Shown: in pieces, positions 60,754-64,000 of the stretch
Position numbering within the stretch: the stretch's first letter is position 1
Layout: the number at the start of each line of letters is the position of its first letter
Origin: an uncultured Alphaproteobacteria bacterium
GTDB taxonomy: Bacteria; Pseudomonadota; Alphaproteobacteria; SHVP01
Assembly: GCA_964611585.1 (NCBI GenBank)
Contig: CAZTAK010000003.1
Span: forward strand, 1,871-65,870
Length of the DNA stretch: 64,000 nucleotides
Direction: 5' to 3'
Program-made: the position numbers and the translations under genes
Notes under the pieces: model-generated
Databases searched by the model: none
What the model saw: the letters and a program-made list of their open reading frames with translations, nothing else
What the model was told of the DNA's origin: nothing

Positions 60754-63144
60754 TCAGGGCGCGGCCGGCTGCAACACCAAGGTCCCCATCGCTCCCGCTT
60801 CGATGTCGGAGCGGCGCGTTTTCATGGGAATGTACTCCACGTTGCGCCAGCGTTCGGCGAAACTCGAATACTGGTCGCTCATCCGGTTACCCGACTGGCC
60901 TGAAGAATGAATGAACAGCGACCGGTCGGGGTCGTCGAGATCGTAAATCGCACGCAGGCTGGCACCGTGGTACTGCCGGAACGGGTTGTCGCCGTCGGAG
61001 ATGCGGTAGAGCGCCCGGTTCAACGTTTCGCCGCCGCCGTCTGCCGGCAGGTCGATGTCGAACAATTCGCCCAGCATCGGCTGGCCGCTGAACAACTGAT
61101 GCGCGCTGCGTGCACTGTGCGGCTCTCCCCAGCGCCATTTCCCCGGGTCGTCACCATATGTTGCGACCAGCTTATCAAGTGCCGATTCGAGGGCCCGGGT
61201 CACGATCTGCGGGCACGATTCCTTGGGACCGGTCGAGATGTCGTCGCACCAGTCCGTGTCGTGGCGCATCACGTTGCGCATGAAGACCGGACGGAGCTCC
61301 CAGTAATCCCTAAATATCGCGCCCAACTCGTCGGCATAAACCAGCCGCGTCAGATCCCGGTACCAGGCGGCGAAAATCAACGGCTCGGGCCGGTTGCGAT
61401 CCATGGTCCCGTCCCACTCGCTCAGCATCGCCAGGGCCGCGCGGGCGCGCTCGTCGTTTGCATCTGCCTGGAGCAGTAGCGAGAGGAACTCCCTTGCCAG
61501 CGGCGAGACGATGTCGCCCTGAATCGCCTTGAAACTTTCAATCGAGTGGCTGTCGCGCTCCGCCAGCAAGGTATTGATGCGGGCGGCGCGGAAGGGCGGC
61601 GCCCATTCGCTGGTGATGAAGTAGGGGTAGTCGTCCGGTACCATCTTGTTGTTGGCGGTGGCGATCACGCCGCCTGCCGGGTTGAAAACATTTGGCAAAT
61701 CGGCGAACGGAATAAACCCAAGCCAATCGTGGCTGCCGTCCCAGCCCGGCGCCGGCACCAAGCCGCGCGCGGTATTGCCGGCTTGGCGGATTGGCACCCG
61801 GCCCGGCGCGTAATAACCGATGTTGCCCTCGACGTCGGCGTAGACAATGTTCTGTTGCGGCGAATGAAAGTCGCGCAGTCCGTCGACGAATTCTTCCCAG
61901 TTGCGCGCCAGGTTTATTTTTCGGCCTGCCTGCACCGAGCGGTCGTCGTCCCGAAGCGCGGTCCATGCGAATGCGAGCACCTGATTCGCCGCGACGGCGC
62001 CGCGTGCGTCGTCGAGCACATCCGAAATGACCGGCCCGTGGCGCGTGATCCGCACGCGCAGCGTCACGTCCTCGCCGTCCTTGACGCGAATGATTTCCTC
62101 GCGCACTTCGAACGGTCGCGAACCCTCGGGCGTCAGGTAGTTGTCCGGGTTGGCGGGATCGATGCGCTCGATGAACAGGTCCTGCACATCGGGGGCGGTA
62201 TTGGTGAATCCCCAGGCGATGCGGTCGTTGCGTCCGAGAACGACCGAGGGCACGCCGGGCAGGGTCGCGCCGATTACATTGAGGCCGGGTGCGTTGAGAT
62301 GGGCGAAGTACCACAGTGACGGTGCCCCCAGGCCCAGGTGCGGGTCGTTGGCCAGCAGCGGCTTGCCGGTCGCCGTGCGCGCGCCCGACAGCACCCAGTT
62401 GTTGGAACCGTTGGCGCGTCCGGGCCGAAGTTCCTCGCTCGCGGCCCACAGTTCGTCGAGCCGCAACCCTTCGTAAAGGCCGGCGTACTCGTCCAGTGCG
62501 ACTTCGCCGTCGGGCGGGTAGGGCGGAAAGAGTTGCGCCACTTGGTCGTGCGTCAGCCGTTGGGCGAGGCGAGCGCGCAACAACTCGTCGCTCCAGTTGG
62601 CGCCCAGGTCCCACGCCATCATCTTGACCCATACCAGCGAATCGGCCGGCCGCCACAGTTCGGGCGTATGGCCGAGGATCAGGAACTCGGGCGGCAGCGG
62701 GCCAGTTCGCGTATCGAGGTAGGCGTTGATGCCGGCCGCATAGGCTTCGAGGCTGGCACGGGTTTCGATATCGAGATTGGCGAACGTGCGCTCGGCCGAA
62801 TCGTAGACGCCGAGGGTGCGCAGGAACTTGTCGGTACCGAGTGAGGCCTCGCCGACCATCTCCGAAATACGGCCGGCGCCGATGCGCCGGCTCATTTCCA
62901 TCTGCCACAGCCGGTCCTGGGCGTGGACAAAGCCGAGGGCGAAGGCGGCGTCGATCACCGAGCGGGCGTAGATATGCGGGACACCATTGCGGTCGCGGAC
63001 GATTTCGACCGCGCTCGACAGTCCGGCGACGGTCACGCTGCCCTCGGTCTTCGGCAGCGAGCCTCGCAGCCAGACATAGGCGCCCGCCAGCACAACAACG
63101 ATTACAAGGATAAGGGCGAGAACGCCCCGTATCAGCCAGCGCAT
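60754..63144 (-). CDS. penicillin acylase family protein (S45 Ntn-hydrolase; AHL/penicillin amidase-like)
   Basis: 796 aa. N-terminal membrane anchor or signal. SNNWV nucleophile context. Confidence 0.85.
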   Translation of the reverse strand: MRWLIRGVLALILVIVVVLAGAYVWLRGSLPKTEGSVTVAGLSSAVEIVRDRNGVPHIYARSVIDAAFALGFVHAQDRLWQMEMSRRIGAGRISEMVGEASLGTDKFLRTLGVYDSAERTFANLDIETRASLEAYAAGINAYLDTRTGPLPPEFLILGHTPELWRPADSLVWVKMMAWDLGANWSDELLRARLAQRLTHDQVAQLFPPYPPDGEVALDEYAGLYEGLRLDELWAASEELRPGRANGSNNWVLSGARTATGKPLLANDPHLGLGAPSLWYFAHLNAPGLNVIGATLPGVPSVVLGRNDRIAWGFTNTAPDVQDLFIERIDPANPDNYLTPEGSRPFEVREEIIRVKDGEDVTLRVRITRHGPVISDVLDDARGAVAANQVLAFAWTALRDDDRSVQAGRKINLARNWEEFVDGLRDFHSPQQNIVYADVEGNIGYYAPGRVPIRQAGNTARGLVPAPGWDGSHDWLGFIPFADLPNVFNPAGGVIATANNKMVPDDYPYFITSEWAPPFRAARINTLLAERDSHSIESFKAIQGDIVSPLAREFLSLLLQADANDERARAALAMLSEWDGTMDRNRPEPLIFAAWYRDLTRLVYADELGAIFRDYWELRPVFMRNVMRHDTDWCDDISTGPKESCPQIVTRALESALDKLVATYGDDPGKWRWGEPHSARSAHQLFSGQPMLGELFDIDLPADGGGETLNRALYRISDGDNPFRQYHGASLRAIYDLDDPDRSLFIHSSGQSGNRMSDQYSSFAERWRNVEYIPMKTRRSDIEAGAMGTLVLQPAAP

Positions 63145-63647
63145 AGGGCACTCCCAAGAATCTTGTCACGGCCTGTTTAACCGACTGTTTCGGCGGGGTC
63201 AAAGAAAACACACGGCTGCCTGGACTTTTGCCCGGAAGATCCGAGGGCGGGCGCGCGAGGACTTCGACGGACCGCATCGTCCGGTTCATAGCCGCGCAAA
63301 TGACCCGCCCCCGCGGAGCCTCCCTATCGTGATTCGCGATCCCGGCCTCGCCGCGCCCCAACCCGGCGTCCCCGCCGACTGGTTTTCAAGCGTCGATGAC
63401 ATGGCGGCGGCGGTATCGCCGCCGGAGCCGGTCTTTTGCCTGCACCCGGGGGCGATCCAGGCGGCGGTGAACACCTTGACCGGCTCGTTTCCGGGCCAGG
63501 TCCAAGATTCGAAGAACCTGTACCGGCGCCGTTCAATCCGTCCGGGAAGAAAGCTTTCTGCTCTTCAAGAAAGGAGAACCGGATCGCCGGATCGGGGGAA
63601 ATCGCTTTCGGCGATCACCGACCAGATACCGCTCCGGCGGATCGGGG

Positions 63648-64000
<353 letters not shown>

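Overview
The window is a high-GC (about 65-70%) alphaproteobacterial chromosomal segment, most likely Rhodospirillales or Rhizobiales, with no phage, transposase, integrase, CRISPR or obvious defence genes. I found no multi-gene system that looks new; the novel candidates are small structured elements, the 105-bp duplicated repeat being the strongest.

Content from start to end:
- Positions 200-6835 hold a small catabolic module: a two-subunit family I CoA-transferase, a CitE-like CoA-ester lyase, an NADP-dependent enone/ene reductase and an MFS transporter. An M23 peptidase gene sits inside it.
- Positions 6990-29848 hold a large cobalamin island: about 22 cob/cbi genes of the aerobic (cobG) route, with cbiD present and cobF absent from the window. 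It includes the DUF1636-cobW-cobN head operon, the late genes cobS/cobT/cobP/cobO/cobQ/cobD/cobC, and the cobalt transporter cbtBA. Two oppositely oriented cobalamin riboswitches are recognisable by the B12-box core CCCCGCAACTGT, one at about 23540-23740 (minus) and one at about 28735-28900 (plus).
- Positions 29942-36130 are a redox/detoxification stretch: pyrD, a YfcG-like GST, an aldo/keto reductase, a GFA-family protein, a catabolic-type threonine/serine dehydratase, an alpha/beta hydrolase and a type II haloacid dehalogenase.
- Positions 36217-52626 are a conserved housekeeping block: slt, dapA, smpB, udg (family 5), a NYN-domain protein, folK, rpoZ, spoT/rsh, pyrE, a DUF2062 protein, pdxJ, acpS, lepB, rnc, era, recO and parC.
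- Positions 52831-64000 contain dctQ and dctM converging on dctP, a bpt transferase, motB-motA, a flavin reductase, a biosynthetic-type threonine dehydratase, a penicillin-acylase family protein and the 3' end of hemB.

Observations worth a second look:
- An approximately 105-bp structured repeat occurs twice in inverted orientation, about 15 kb apart. Each copy directly abuts a stop codon, after udg on the minus strand and after dctM on the plus strand.
- motA and the ilvA-like gene each carry a single-base frameshift within 2 kb of each other. A GST N-terminal remnant and an ODC-like remnant are also present.
- AT-rich pockets carry a small zinc-ribbon ORF (AT-rich intergenic island, 1848-2070), a perfect tandem 15-bp direct repeat upstream of the MFS gene (3368-3399), a cluster of hairpins between convergent genes (33391-33578), and a 45-codon upstream ORF coupled to the GFA gene (32844-32981).
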